Sequence record: PV730302.1
Strand: one strand, 5' to 3'
DNA length: 64,000 bases
Origin: a phage
Shown here: one piece after another, positions 52,498 to 62,385 of the stretch
Numbering within the stretch: position 1 is the first letter of the stretch
Layout: each line of letters starts with the position of its first letter
Notes under the pieces: model-generated
What the model was told of the DNA's origin: nothing
The model's input: the letters and a program-made list of their open reading frames with translations, nothing else
The model's database searches: none
Program-made: the position numbers and the translations under genes

Positions 52498-53003
52498 ATT
52501 GTTCTCAATTCAATAAAATCTACGAGTTCAGCATGGGATTTGCGGAACATTACTTGGCGGTCACCGATGACAACCTCATCTTCTGGTATTTCGTAAACAG
52601 CAAGATAGAATCCTTTAGAAGATAATTCGGCACGCTCTTCACGAGTGAACCAGCGCATCATATCATACTCGCTGGCAAAAGCAAAATGGTAGAGGTTAAC
52701 AAACCAACTAGGGATATAGTTATCTACACCTTTATAATCTTCATGTTCGAATTTGGTTTTAATTACCATATTAGAATTTTTAACCAACAATTCGTCTTGA
52801 CTTGGTAGTGGAATATTTTTATTATTGGTATGATGGTGTCTAAAATTAGGTCTGTCGAAACCGACTTCCAATAACCAACCTTCACTCCATTCGTCAAATG
52901 AGCCTCTATACGGGGTTAATTGGCGACATTGTTGACGAGTGATTGCGATAACATCGCTGTTGTCTAAGATACTGAACGATGACTCCACTCGATAAATTTT
53001 CAT
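52494..53003 (-). CDS. Hypothetical protein (169 aa)
   Basis: ORF track; promoter cassette at 53005..53055. Confidence 0.4.
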   Translation of the reverse strand: MKIYRVESSFSILDNSDVIAITRQQCRQLTPYRGSFDEWSEGWLLEVGFDRPNFRHHHTNNKNIPLPSQDELLVKNSNMVIKTKFEHEDYKGVDNYIPSWFVNLYHFAFASEYDMMRWFTREERAELSSKGFYLAVYEIPEDEVVIGDRQVMFRKSHAELVDFIELRTI

Positions 53004-53063
53004 TTTGTTCTCCTCATGTTGATAGGGTAGATAATATCATGCCATGAGGAGAAGTAAACACTT

Positions 53064-53738
53064 TTATCGATTTTTTATACTTAATGGGTCGGGATTCTCA
53101 GGGACATCTTCCAGGCCCAAGGCGTATCGTTGGGCATATTTAAGCATCAAGATATCCTTAGCACAGTCATGGATGGAGTCATGAGCAACAAAGCCGTTCA
53201 ATGTTCCGTTAGGCAGAGGACACATGCTCAATCCACGAGTCAATGAATAGGCTTCGATAGCCGTACGGATGTCACGTTGGTTCCAGAATTTAACTGGTTC
53301 TAATTTACTGGTATCAATTTCATTCTCAGGAACACCTTCAGAACGATAAGCATCGCGAATAAGGTCGACTAAGATTGGAAAGTCAAAGGACATTCCACGG
53401 CACCACATCTGAGATTTCCATTGGTCTACTTCGTTTTTACGGCAGTATTCCAAGAAATTACCAAGGCCGATAGAAGTGGACACATCAATTTCGGATGGCG
53501 CCAGGTTTTTACGTGCTTCAGGCCCTTGCTCTTTCCACCACTGTAACGTGCTTTTAGAAAACAGACGTCTATCACGCTGAGAAGCGAGGTCAAATTTAAT
53601 ACGAAGGCCACGTTGAGTAAGCTCTTCAAACGTTTCTACAACCTCTGGATTGGGGTCATAAGCAATTACGGCGAGGTCGATAACCGCTGCGTTTTGGGTA
53701 GTGGCAAAGGTTTCGAAGTCAATAATTATATCTTTCAT
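53064..53738 (-). CDS. dexA: Exonuclease A (DnaQ-like 3'-5' exonuclease)
   Basis: IIDFET......AVIDLAVIA.DPNPEVVETF.EL..RG..IKFDL.SQ...RLF.KST..WW matches remembered T4 DexA. Confidence 0.85.
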   Translation of the reverse strand: MKDIIIDFETFATTQNAAVIDLAVIAYDPNPEVVETFEELTQRGLRIKFDLASQRDRRLFSKSTLQWWKEQGPEARKNLAPSEIDVSTSIGLGNFLEYCRKNEVDQWKSQMWCRGMSFDFPILVDLIRDAYRSEGVPENEIDTSKLEPVKFWNQRDIRTAIEAYSLTRGLSMCPLPNGTLNGFVAHDSIHDCAKDILMLKYAQRYALGLEDVPENPDPLSIKNR

Positions 53739-54025
53739 TTAACATACCTCATAAGGTCTCGGATTTGGCCGACGGTGTAGTCTTCAATATAAACCGAAGA
53801 GATATTGTCGTCCAATAGACGCTGTACCGCAATAAAATCGTATTCAATCTCTTTAAGAGAATGCAAGACCTTATGTGCCTTGCCACTGATATTGGTATCG
53901 TCTTGGTTGACCTTAATAATATATTCGGTTTCAAATTTCAACTTATAAAATTGGTCTTTAGTTACTTTAATCATATTTTCCTCAAACGTAATAAGCATCG
54001 GTACGAGCACGAGTAATACTAACAT
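53735..54025 (-). CDS. Hypothetical protein (96 aa)
   Basis: ORF track. Confidence 0.35.
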   Translation of the reverse strand: MLVLLVLVPMLITFEENMIKVTKDQFYKLKFETEYIIKVNQDDTNISGKAHKVLHSLKEIEYDFIAVQRLLDDNISSVYIEDYTVGQIRDLMRYVK

Positions 54026-55313
54026 AAGCCAGCTGTGAAGCTAAACTCACATCAGCCATATGCATACACGGTGTATAGATGAAACTGTTCTGGACTGTGA
54101 GACCCTGTGATTTATGGACAGTGCTCACAGGAAGAGCTCGAACCTTAGTAAACATTCTCTTAGCTTTCCAAAAATCGGCCCACTTAGGTTTCTTACCCGT
54201 TCCACGCATGGCTTTGTACTCGGTAGCAACCTTAGCCAAGAAATAATGGAACTTCTCGACTGAAGCCTCGTCAATAACCTTTAAATGCTCTACGTAATAC
54301 TCATCGTCTTCATCGATAGATTCTACTTGCAGGTCCCAGTAATTAATCATTTGTCGAGTGCCTACATCCTTGGCAGACAAGAACAATGAGGTGTGGTTCA
54401 CATCCAGAATACGAACCATTTGTCCGTTATTAAAAATAGTTTCAGAGAATTTCTTACCGTCGTATTCAAGTTCCTTCATAAAAGGCTCTTGCATTACCAG
54501 GATTTCACCCTTGATATAAGGTGCATCTGTTTCGTAAAGCTTTTTACGAATAATGCTATTCAGCTTTTCAACCGATTTATTTGTATAAGCAAACATCCTA
54601 TTTTCAAATAAGGCATCGGCGTCTTTTACAATGGAAAAATAATTCATCATAAAATCTTTTAAAGCAGTTTGGGATTTAAAGCCATGGACACCGTGTCCTT
54701 CGAATACACAATCTCTAAACCATCCACCATTACGGATTTCAGTAGCAACCTCAATGATAGGAGCATTGCTACGCATTACTTCGGTCAAATGCAATTGCTT
54801 GATTTTTGGATGAGTAAAGAACGGAGACAACTGCGGACTACCATCACTTCCAGGTTCCACTGGCTGTAGCTGAGCTCTGTCGCCAATCCCTAATACGGTA
54901 CACCATGGTGGCACGGAAGATTCGATAATCTTAAACAGCTTACCGTCAATCATCGAGCCTTCATCAACAACTAACACATTACATTTGCTCAAGTCAGGAG
55001 CTTCGCGTTGTTCAAAGATGTCCTGGTCTTCGTATGTAGTAGGGTTAATCTTTAAGATTCGATGGATTGTTGATGCTTCTTGACCTGCGAGTTTCGACAA
55101 CACCTTTTTGGCCGCATGGGTAGGTGCAGTCAAAATAACTCCGAGTTCACCATTCTTGACTAGATGGTCAAGAATAAATTTGGTAAGGGTTGTTTTACCT
55201 GTACCAGCAGGGCCGTTCAATGTAATCCATTCGCCCTTACGTCGTTTAATAGCTTCAATGATTTCTTTAAAGGCCGTCCTCTGGCCGATGTTCAAGTCTT
55301 CAAATGTAATCAT
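53982..55313 (-). CDS. dda: Dda DNA helicase (SF1B)
   Basis: Walker A GPAGTGKTTL, ...APTHAAKK.LSKL.G.EASTIH..LKINP.TYE... match remembered T4 Dda. Confidence 0.9.
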   Translation of the reverse strand: MITFEDLNIGQRTAFKEIIEAIKRRKGEWITLNGPAGTGKTTLTKFILDHLVKNGELGVILTAPTHAAKKVLSKLAGQEASTIHRILKINPTTYEDQDIFEQREAPDLSKCNVLVVDEGSMIDGKLFKIIESSVPPWCTVLGIGDRAQLQPVEPGSDGSPQLSPFFTHPKIKQLHLTEVMRSNAPIIEVATEIRNGGWFRDCVFEGHGVHGFKSQTALKDFMMNYFSIVKDADALFENRMFAYTNKSVEKLNSIIRKKLYETDAPYIKGEILVMQEPFMKELEYDGKKFSETIFNNGQMVRILDVNHTSLFLSAKDVGTRQMINYWDLQVESIDEDDEYYVEHLKVIDEASVEKFHYFLAKVATEYKAMRGTGKKPKWADFWKAKRMFTKVRALPVSTVHKSQGLTVQNSFIYTPCMHMADVSLASQLAYVSITRARTDAYYV

Positions 55314-55609
55314 GCCAATTTTACTCGCTTAACATATAAAGTGTCTAAAACTAATTTAAGTTCTCGGGCTCGTTCTTCGGTAGGATATACTGTTTTAGTT
55401 TCCCACTTATCAAACCACCATTTTCTAGGTGTGCACACCGTTTCAAGGCGTCCAAGCTGAAGATATCTTTTTGTCGCCATTTCATAAACGGATAGAGCGG
55501 TATCGGCTCCAATCTTTGTCGAATACAAAGTCACTTCACCAGCCTCTTCTAATGGAATTTCGTACCCGTCTTTGTCCTTATGAACTAATACGTATGCATA
55601 GTACATCAC
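55310..55609 (-). CDS. Hypothetical protein (99 aa)
   Basis: ORF track. Confidence 0.35.
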   Translation of the reverse strand: MMYYAYVLVHKDKDGYEIPLEEAGEVTLYSTKIGADTALSVYEMATKRYLQLGRLETVCTPRKWWFDKWETKTVYPTEERARELKLVLDTLYVKRVKLA

Positions 55610-55610
55610 G

Positions 55611-56345
55611 TTAACCTCTAATCAGTGAAAAAATTGAAGCATTCAGTGGAAGACCTTTTTTCAACTTCATTTTGTCAATAAAAGAAAGGTGTTCTAAACG
55701 CTCCAGACCTTGAATAATTTTATCATACATATCGTAACGCATTTCTGCTTCAGACAATTTAAACTTGACACGCCAATCAGGCCCGCCAATTAAAGATTTA
55801 AGACCCTTTTCCATAGTACCGATTGAAGCGTTAGAACCATGGATACGAGCTTTAACCGCGATGACCGAAGGGGTCTTATCAGTAGCTCCTGATTTAATAA
55901 GGTCCTTAAGACGTTTTTCACGCTTTTTAAGACCTCTTTGGGTATCTTTAATATTTTTAACGATTTTACGAATTTTATAATAATTATCGGGAGTAACTTT
56001 AAAACTATTAGGCATTTTAGAACTACCTGAAATACGGACCGCTAAACGGGTCTGGGCGCGCTTCAATTCATCTAGAGACAAATCAGCACGTAAGCTGTTG
56101 TACTTAACTTTAACCGGGATTACATTACCCTCGATATAGCCGATATCGTTGTTAAAACGTTCAAATGAAATCTTATCACTAACTGAATTCTCATCGAATA
56201 GCTCGCCTGAATAAGCACACACTTTTTGTTCAAGAAGTCTACGAACATACTTACTAGATAGATTGAAGTCCTTACCACGTTTATAAGCAGAAGCTTTGGT
56301 GTGTTTGCGGCGGTTGTAAACCTTTAACTCAAATTCAGGGGTCAT
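55611..56345 (-). CDS. Hypothetical basic protein at the T4 srd position (Srd-like?)
   Basis: 244 aa at the position and size of T4 srd; contains CAYSG...FERFNNDIGYIEGNV segment; assignment by synteny only. Confidence 0.35.
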   Translation of the reverse strand: MTPEFELKVYNRRKHTKASAYKRGKDFNLSSKYVRRLLEQKVCAYSGELFDENSVSDKISFERFNNDIGYIEGNVIPVKVKYNSLRADLSLDELKRAQTRLAVRISGSSKMPNSFKVTPDNYYKIRKIVKNIKDTQRGLKKREKRLKDLIKSGATDKTPSVIAVKARIHGSNASIGTMEKGLKSLIGGPDWRVKFKLSEAEMRYDMYDKIIQGLERLEHLSFIDKMKLKKGLPLNASIFSLIRG

Positions 56346-56483
56346 GATATTTTTCTCATCTTACGGACGATTAGTTGATATGTCTATAGTATCACGTTAC
56401 TAGATAAAGTAAACACTTTTTTGCTTTAAATTTTCGACGGTATAATGAATCAAGGACTTTGCCTTTCAATTAAACCGGGCGCT

Positions 56484-57098
56484 TCAGTAAGAAAGAACGG
56501 AAAGATTCCAAATGGTGTAATTATTCCATTTAGGATTTCTCTCAATAGAGTCTACGCGCAGCGTAGTTCCCGCAGGGAACATCATCTCATCTTCATCATT
56601 TATTAATTGTAAGTTTGCTACACGGGTAGATTCAGGAAATGCGCCAGGGAACTCTTCAGGGGGTGCAGCACATAACATTTTAAAGATTTCTTCCTGATAA
56701 TTGTACACAAACGGTGCATCATTAATACAAAAGATATTAAATGTGCCGTAGAAGTTATAAGATGCGAAGTTACGAGCTACATTGAAATCTTTTGAGAAGC
56801 TCATTACTCGGTCGAATTCAATTACGGCACCTACACACATTGTGGACTCTAGATACTTCATAGTCTTTTTAGATATGCCGCGATAGAGCTTATCAGGCAC
56901 TACAGAAGTCAGGTTCTTACGGATGATTTTGTTCAGAGTTTCCTGGATACAATCTGGTTTATTTTCCATGCACTGCCAGAGGGTACTCTGTTCTAAATCA
57001 GAATACACCTCATCAATTTCTATCTGAGTATTCTCACGGAAATCATCGCATTTGGCATTGTTGATAAATTCTGCTAATTTATGGCTCGGATATAACAT
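56484..57098 (-). CDS. modA: Mod-type ADP-ribosyltransferase (ModA position)
   Basis: R-S-ExE ART signature: LYRGIS, SFSK, EDEMMF; A/B assignment by gene order only. Confidence 0.55.
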   Translation of the reverse strand: MLYPSHKLAEFINNAKCDDFRENTQIEIDEVYSDLEQSTLWQCMENKPDCIQETLNKIIRKNLTSVVPDKLYRGISKKTMKYLESTMCVGAVIEFDRVMSFSKDFNVARNFASYNFYGTFNIFCINDAPFVYNYQEEIFKMLCAAPPEEFPGAFPESTRVANLQLINDEDEMMFPAGTTLRVDSIERNPKWNNYTIWNLSVLSY

Positions 57099-57152
57099 AT
57101 TATTCTCCTCAGTTGATAGAAAGATAGTACCACAAGCTTCCTTGCCTGTAAA

Positions 57153-57725
57153 CTAAAAATCCAACATTTTTAAATGAATTGTTTTATACTCGATTTCATA
57201 CGGGTCTCTTTTGATGGTTTCGATTTCAACAATCTCAAATCGTGATAGGCTGGAGGCCATGAACTCACATTCAGTTTCAACCATATCATAGAGGTCTACA
57301 CGTGTCTCGTTGATTCCATTGTCTTCCACATTCCCTGCAAGAACAAGGTCTATAGCATGGTTGTAGTAGTCAAAAATGAATGGAGCATTCCTGAGACTTA
57401 AAATGGTTTTGGTTCCGTATTCCCATGCCCCTGCGAACTGACGAGCTTGGGAGTACTGCGTACTAAAAGAAGTAACACGACCTGGCGACCATTGGCAACC
57501 TACCTTAAGAAATCTTAGCTGTCTGAGCTCTTCTTGGGTAATCCCACGATATAACTCTACAGGGACGGTTGAAGTAACATGCTTACGAACTAGCTTATCA
57601 AGGTCGTAATGGAAATTAGGGTCTTCTTTAGAATTCAGACATTTCTCTAACAACGCTTGTTCAGATTTTGAGAATTTAGAATTGATTCGGTCTTGATATA
57701 GACACATTTCTTGTTCGATGTTCAT
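57153..57725 (-). CDS. modB: Mod-type ADP-ribosyltransferase (ModB position)
   Basis: R-S-ExE ART signature: LYRGIT, SFST, ETECEFM; paralogous to the 56484..57098 gene. Confidence 0.55.
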   Translation of the reverse strand: MNIEQEMCLYQDRINSKFSKSEQALLEKCLNSKEDPNFHYDLDKLVRKHVTSTVPVELYRGITQEELRQLRFLKVGCQWSPGRVTSFSTQYSQARQFAGAWEYGTKTILSLRNAPFIFDYYNHAIDLVLAGNVEDNGINETRVDLYDMVETECEFMASSLSRFEIVEIETIKRDPYEIEYKTIHLKMLDF

Positions 57726-57777
57726 ATGACCTCCAGTGATTTAGAGGTCATTATAACATGAAGGGAGGAGGTGTAAA

Positions 57778-58032
57778 CTACTTAAACACACCAAGTGGGA
57801 CGCCAAACACTGCAATGTCAGCAGCCATGCCTAATGAGGATTGGGTATATGAAGTATAGGAGCTTTTTGATTCATACGAGCTTTTTGTTTCTGGCTTCTC
57901 AGCTTCAATCTTAAGAGCTTTCGCCTGAATATTTTTTTGCTCGATTTCCTTACGAGCCTGTTTACGGTCGATATCCAACGCCGATGTAGGTATATTAGTC
58001 AGCCAATTCATTATTTTACCCAAGGAGCCCAT
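57778..58032 (-). CDS. Hypothetical protein with Ser/Tyr-rich segment and C-terminal hydrophobic tail
   Basis: ORF track. Confidence 0.35.
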   Translation of the reverse strand: MGSLGKIMNWLTNIPTSALDIDRKQARKEIEQKNIQAKALKIEAEKPETKSSYESKSSYTSYTQSSLGMAADIAVFGVPLGVFK

Positions 58033-58199
58033 GGCGGAGGGTCTTGATAGTAAGAAGCTAGGTCAGCCAGGGCATCTTTAGGCAACTTAAAACCGTGCTT
58101 CTGTATAATCATATCAAGTTCGTTAACAAGGTCAACAGGCGGCTCCTGAGTTGTTTCAGGCTCAGGGTCCGGAATGACAAACATATCAAACAAGTCCAT
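58011..58199 (-). CDS. Hypothetical acidic Pro-rich protein (62 aa)
   Basis: ORF track. Confidence 0.3.
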   Translation of the reverse strand: MDLFDMFVIPDPEPETTQEPPVDLVNELDMIIQKHGFKLPKDALADLASYYQDPPPWAPWVK

Positions 58200-58690
58200 T
58201 AGTAACCACCGATAGGACCATAACCATACATACGAGCTCGTAACTTAGCATCACGAATAGCTTCTTCGGTCGGAGTAAAACGCAATCCAATATCAAAGTG
58301 TTTCCAAATCTGGCATTCTACTTCCGTCAGGTCTTCGACTGTAGAAATCAGATAAGTACGACCTTTAAGACGTTCATTGGCCATTTTATCTCTATCTTTG
58401 TAGAAAATATCCATTGTCCCTTCGGCATATGGGTCTGCCGGATAACGATAGCCTTTGATATGCAAGGCTTGAGATACACTAAAAGGGCATCCATCAGCCA
58501 CATCGACATTTTGATTATGGCGAACTTTCATCATAACGTTTTCAGGAAGCTTAATATCTTTTAAGCGCGTTTCCAACTGGGTGATAGAATTCATACCATT
58601 GTCAACAAGGATAAGACTTGCCGTAGCATCATAAGGACGTGTTTGCCCATGCGAGTCACGGATATGGAATTCGAGTTCATAGACTTTCAT
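58199..58690 (-). CDS. Hypothetical protein (163 aa)
   Basis: ORF track. Confidence 0.4.
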   Translation of the reverse strand: MKVYELEFHIRDSHGQTRPYDATASLILVDNGMNSITQLETRLKDIKLPENVMMKVRHNQNVDVADGCPFSVSQALHIKGYRYPADPYAEGTMDIFYKDRDKMANERLKGRTYLISTVEDLTEVECQIWKHFDIGLRFTPTEEAIRDAKLRARMYGYGPIGGY

Positions 58691-58840
58691 TATGTTTTCC
58701 TCTTTTTAGTTTACCTACTAAAGGACCATCCGGAATTTTATTTTCTTGGATGTATTTCTCGTTTTCTTCCATCATTTTACTACCAATTTTAAGAAGCAAA
58801 TCCAACGCCTCTTTAGCTTGTTTTTCGGCCTCTTCAGTAG

Positions 58841-59041
58841 TCATGATTTATCCCCATAAATATCACGCATAATTCTAAGAGCTTCGCGTTCTAATTTCTT
58901 TTCGCGTTCTTCACGGATACCTTTAAGAATCCATTCTTCGGAGTCACGTTTCATTTCTGCATTGGCTTGGTCTAACCACCCGTCATCAAGATAATCGCCA
59001 GGACGGTCTAGCCAATCTTTAAGCCATGATAAAGGTTTCAT
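58841..59041 (-). CDS. Hypothetical protein (66 aa)
   Basis: ORF track. Confidence 0.3.
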   Translation of the reverse strand: MKPLSWLKDWLDRPGDYLDDGWLDQANAEMKRDSEEWILKGIREEREKKLEREALRIMRDIYGDKS

Positions 59042-59364
59042 TAATCACACGAGCCGGACGATGAGTCGCAGCTTCCTGAGTCATAAGACGAATAAGAAGA
59101 ATCACCAGTCCATGAACTAACAGCCGCAGCAACCATAATAGGAGTGGTATCAATATGGCTTGTGCGACGAGCTTCTAAATGTTCTTTAAACTTTTTAGAA
59201 TTCAAAGGAAGGGCGCCCAGGCCCACATTACCTGCTTTTTCAGGTTGACGGATAACTTCTTCCATCATACCATCGCCTACATAAACATATTCCTTCGGAC
59301 CTGAGATAGGAACTACACCTTCACCGGGTTTAGTCTTGAAAAAATTCTTAAGCCAACGAATCAT
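59041..59364 (-). CDS. Hypothetical protein with Ser-rich C-terminus
   Basis: ORF track. Confidence 0.35.
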   Translation of the reverse strand: MIRWLKNFFKTKPGEGVVPISGPKEYVYVGDGMMEEVIRQPEKAGNVGLGALPLNSKKFKEHLEARRTSHIDTTPIMVAAAVSSWTGDSSYSSYDSGSCDSSSGSCD

Positions 59365-59606
59365 AGGAAACCTCGTTTAAATTCAACTTTATCGATATCA
59401 TCAGTCTCGTGACGGATTTCGGCATTAAATTCGATAGAACCGTCTTCATGCATCATAAATGAATGGACAATAACTTCGGTATACCAAGGCGTATAAAAGT
59501 ACTTTTTCAATACGTGGTTAGCGATAATTTCATCCAAAGTTTTATTAGGTTTAATCCAACGATTTAACATAGTGTTCTCCTCTATAAGGTAAGACCATCT
59601 TAACAC
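59361..59606 (-). CDS. Hypothetical protein (81 aa)
   Basis: ORF track. Confidence 0.35.
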   Translation of the reverse strand: MLRWSYLIEENTMLNRWIKPNKTLDEIIANHVLKKYFYTPWYTEVIVHSFMMHEDGSIEFNAEIRHETDDIDKVEFKRGFL

Positions 59607-59624
59607 AACCTTCCTAGAAAGTAA

Positions 59625-59658
59625 ACCCTTAAAACCAAAAAAGGAACCCGAAGGTTCC
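59625..59658 (-). terminator. Rho-independent terminator after soc
   Basis: ggaacc-cgaa-ggttcc stem followed in minus sense by TTTTGGTTTT. Confidence 0.6.
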
Positions 59659-59664
59659 TTATAA

Positions 59665-59898
59665 TTAAACTACTGGGGTAGGCGTAAACATCGCCGCGTT
59701 CTTAGTTCGCCAATCGGCTGCATCAGTTACTACAGTAGTGTATGCCGCCTTTTCAGAAGGAAATGTCTGATAGTGTGCATTCGCAATACGATGCTCGTTT
59801 GAATAGATTTCAAACGGGACAGATACTTCAACACCTTTAACTTCTTTACCTTCACCAGCCGGATGTGTAAAGGTTTTAATATTAACGAAACCACCCAT
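59665..59898 (-). CDS. soc: Small outer capsid protein Soc
   Basis: 77 aa; ..VNIKTF......GKE..G.E.SV.F..YS..H.I..AHYQTFPSEKAAY.TV matches remembered T4 Soc. Confidence 0.8.
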   Translation of the reverse strand: MGGFVNIKTFTHPAGEGKEVKGVEVSVPFEIYSNEHRIANAHYQTFPSEKAAYTTVVTDAADWRTKNAAMFTPTPVV

Positions 59899-59929
59899 AA
59901 TTAACTCCTTTGTTGTTTAATTACAGGTG

Positions 59930-59937
59930 TATTTATA
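59930..59937 (-). promoter_or_regulatory. Late promoter TATAAATA for soc
   Basis: Minus sense agTATAAATAcacc upstream of the soc ATG. Confidence 0.6.
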
Positions 59938-59941
59938 CTGA

Positions 59942-60463
59942 TTAATACCCTCGGTCCTGGCGAGCAAAGTTCTCGGCATTTTTCAGGTAATACAGTTTAA
60001 AGATTTCTTCAGCAGTCAGTCCAAGACCTTGGAACATATTCAGAACAAAGTGCAGAATATCAATCATTTCGAATTTAATTTCGAGCTGGTCTTCAGGAGA
60101 CAAATCGTTAATCAGGGTTTCACGACGTTCAGCATGTTGAGCTTTCCAAGGCTTCCATACAGCGCTCGCATCTTTTTCGCCATTGCTCATGCCACCAAGA
60201 GAAGTCAGAAGTTCGCGGAATTCATCATCAATATAATCTTTCTGATTGCGCAACCAATCAACAACTTCACCTGCAGTAGCCAAGTCATCAGGATGACGGT
60301 TATATTCAGGTTTATCTTTAGCCAAACGGACCTGTAATGATTTCTGCATATCAAGCATAACCTGCAGAGGGTCTTTATCTTCGTGAATCAGAGCATTAAA
60401 ATAAGCTTCCTCAGCTTTATCAACACCAGCAATAAGTTGTGAGCATTCGTTAAAGTGTGCCAT
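59942..60463 (-). CDS. 56: dCTP pyrophosphatase gp56 (MazG-like)
   Basis: MAHFNEC..LI.GVDKA...Y...........DPLQVMLDMQ and C-terminal EIFKLYYLKNAENFARQDRGY match remembered T4 gp56. Confidence 0.85.
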   Translation of the reverse strand: MAHFNECSQLIAGVDKAEEAYFNALIHEDKDPLQVMLDMQKSLQVRLAKDKPEYNRHPDDLATAGEVVDWLRNQKDYIDDEFRELLTSLGGMSNGEKDASAVWKPWKAQHAERRETLINDLSPEDQLEIKFEMIDILHFVLNMFQGLGLTAEEIFKLYYLKNAENFARQDRGY

Positions 60464-60554
60464 TATATTTTTTCCTTTTCAATTCATTAGTAAGTTAGAT
60501 AATTATAAACTGTTAGATTAAAGCGAATAAATATTAATTTAACAGGAGGATAAC

Positions 60555-60755
60555 ATGGGCAGTATTTTTTACCAAATCTGGAAATTGGCCGAAAAGAAAG
60601 ACAGGAAAATGATGTTAGGTTTTCTTGCGCTAGACGTATTCCTTTGGAATCTTCTAGTAGTCCCTGTAGCCGCTAGCCAAGGGATAATTTTACCAGCGGT
60701 TACAATGGAACACGTATTAAGCATAATTGGATTCTTTAGCGGAGTTCCTGCCTAA
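60555..60755 (+). CDS. Orphan small two-TM membrane protein (66 aa), opposite strand to neighbours
   Basis: Consensus SD AGGAGG 6 nt before the ATG; two hydrophobic segments; lies in the otherwise non-coding 56-61 interval. May not be expressed. Confidence 0.3.
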   Translation: MGSIFYQIWKLAEKKDRKMMLGFLALDVFLWNLLVVPVAASQGIILPAVTMEHVLSIIGFFSGVPA

Positions 60756-61780
60756 ATTTTAGAATATTTTGAAAGTCTCATTTTTGCCATTAAACCTTGG
60801 GCTATATTAGCTTTCATATATGCCAGTACATCATTTATATCAGCTTTATCTTTCATAATCATATCATTTATATCTTTAGAAGGCCATGGAGCCTTGTCCC
60901 AGAATAGAACCCTTTCGCCAGCATCAACTAATCGTTGCATACGCTTAATTGTGTCAGGATGGCGGGGTTCATTGTCCATTACCCAGGCACGTGTTTCTTT
61001 ACAAGGAACCATAGCCAAGTCCAATGACCCACCAGTAATTGCTATTGCATTCGGTACGAATAATGAATCGATAGGACCTTCCATTACCCACACCAACTGA
61101 CGTTCGTCAACTGTATCCATTCCATATATTTTTGTAGCTTGGTCGTGAGCTTTTATTGTAATATATTTTTGTGGAGCATCTTTACGTAAGGCCCGACCCT
61201 GAAAACTTTCAATTTGTTTATTCTTATTGAAAATTGGAATAACCAAACGAGGCTCAGGCATTTCTTTAGAATAGGTTCCTGGATTCACAGAGTTAACTAA
61301 TGCAGGCCATTCTTTAGTAAACCATAGCCGATTCCATTTGTTTTCAGGAATGCAACGTAACGTCACATATTTTATAATAGGATGGTCCTTCGGCATTCTA
61401 TCTAATCGTTCACAGAAATTAAGCTTTTCGATGACAGGCATCTTAGCTTTAATTTTTTCAGATATCTCCACCTTAGGTGCAGCTTGTCTCCCGAACGATT
61501 GCTCTTTATGTTTCTCAAGAATATATTCACGATATAAATCAGGCTCGTATTCGTATAGATACTTCTTAATTCCTGCTGAATAGTCACAGTTAAAACAGTG
61601 CAGCATTACGGAGCCGTCAGTAGCCGGATAGGCCCAAAAACGAGCTTTGTTCTCATCTTTTTGGGAGTCACCGCATACACGACAACGGCAATTTAATTTA
61701 AAATCACTACCAGTTACTTGTCTGAATTTAGGTTGGTAATTCAAGGCACGTACAGCAAATTCTCTATCGACATATGACAT
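60752..61780 (-). CDS. 61: DNA primase gp61
   Basis: 342 aa; N-terminal zinc ribbon (CRCRVCGDS...HCFNC) plus TOPRIM-like core; position as in T4. Confidence 0.85.
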   Translation of the reverse strand: MSYVDREFAVRALNYQPKFRQVTGSDFKLNCRCRVCGDSQKDENKARFWAYPATDGSVMLHCFNCDYSAGIKKYLYEYEPDLYREYILEKHKEQSFGRQAAPKVEISEKIKAKMPVIEKLNFCERLDRMPKDHPIIKYVTLRCIPENKWNRLWFTKEWPALVNSVNPGTYSKEMPEPRLVIPIFNKNKQIESFQGRALRKDAPQKYITIKAHDQATKIYGMDTVDERQLVWVMEGPIDSLFVPNAIAITGGSLDLAMVPCKETRAWVMDNEPRHPDTIKRMQRLVDAGERVLFWDKAPWPSKDINDMIMKDKADINDVLAYMKANIAQGLMAKMRLSKYSKI

Positions 61781-61818
61781 TATTTTTCCTTGGGCTCTAA
61801 ATTAATAGAGCCATTATA

Positions 61819-61980
61819 TCATTCGTTTTCGGATTTTTCTTTACGCTTTTTAGATGGGATTTGTTCAGGCCCTTTGTTGACGACTGCGCCTGAGGTAGTT
61901 CCGGAAGCAATAGCAGTAGGATTACCACCTGCATCGCCTGCGACCATATCTTCGTTCATAACTTCTTTAAAAGATTTCAT
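61819..61980 (-). CDS. Hypothetical small hydrophilic protein (53 aa)
   Basis: Hand-translated ORF (MKSFKEVMNEDMVAGDAGGNPTAIASG...KKRKEKSENE) with AGGAGCC SD; below the track threshold. Confidence 0.3.
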   Translation of the reverse strand: MKSFKEVMNEDMVAGDAGGNPTAIASGTTSGAVVNKGPEQIPSKKRKEKSENE

Positions 61981-61996
61981 AGGCTCCTGGCCTTAT

Positions 61997-62188
61997 TTAT
62001 ATTACGAAAATAGCTTTATCACCATTTGCATCAGTGACTTCATAGGTATCTTCGTGGTACAGTGGAATAATCCAAGTTACGCCATCACCAGCAATAATAT
62101 GGATAGCTTCTTGGTCTTTTGATACGATTTCATATTCTTCGAATAACTCGAATACAGAAATCTTAGAGCCCGTACACATTGCAGTCAT
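61997..62188 (-). CDS. Hypothetical protein (63 aa)
   Basis: ORF track. Confidence 0.35.
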   Translation of the reverse strand: MTAMCTGSKISVFELFEEYEIVSKDQEAIHIIAGDGVTWIIPLYHEDTYEVTDANGDKAIFVI

Positions 62189-62384
62189 ATTGGTCCCTTC
62201 TTTTAATCAGTTGGCGATGGGCCTTTTTAAGTTTACGAAGCTGGCGCTTAGTTGGCCTGGCGACATAAGCTTGAGTAGTTACTCGTCCAAAAACACCATA
62301 CTTAGGTGAAGGAGAATCGATAAAGACTTCCCACTGACAAGAGTAACTATACACTGCTTTAGAGAATTGGGTTAAGACAAACAT
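62163..62384 (-). CDS. Hypothetical basic protein with PTKRQLRKLKK motif
   Basis: ORF track; motif shared with the 63172..63411 protein. Confidence 0.35.
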   Translation of the reverse strand: MFVLTQFSKAVYSYSCQWEVFIDSPSPKYGVFGRVTTQAYVARPTKRQLRKLKKAHRQLIKRRDQYDCNVYGL

Positions 62385-62385
62385 A

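Noticed and set aside
55611-56345. HNH homing endonuclease call for the 244-aa protein (CAYSG...FERFNND segment)
   Set aside because: The segment lacks the canonical C-x-C, His and Asn positions of HNH motifs; its position corresponds to T4 srd, so it is kept as an Srd-like hypothetical only.
61790-62122. Plus-strand 110-aa ORF upstream of gene 61
   Set aside because: It overlaps minus-strand ORFs, including a hand-found 53-aa ORF with a good SD; no plus-strand promoter or SD was seen, so it is likely spurious.
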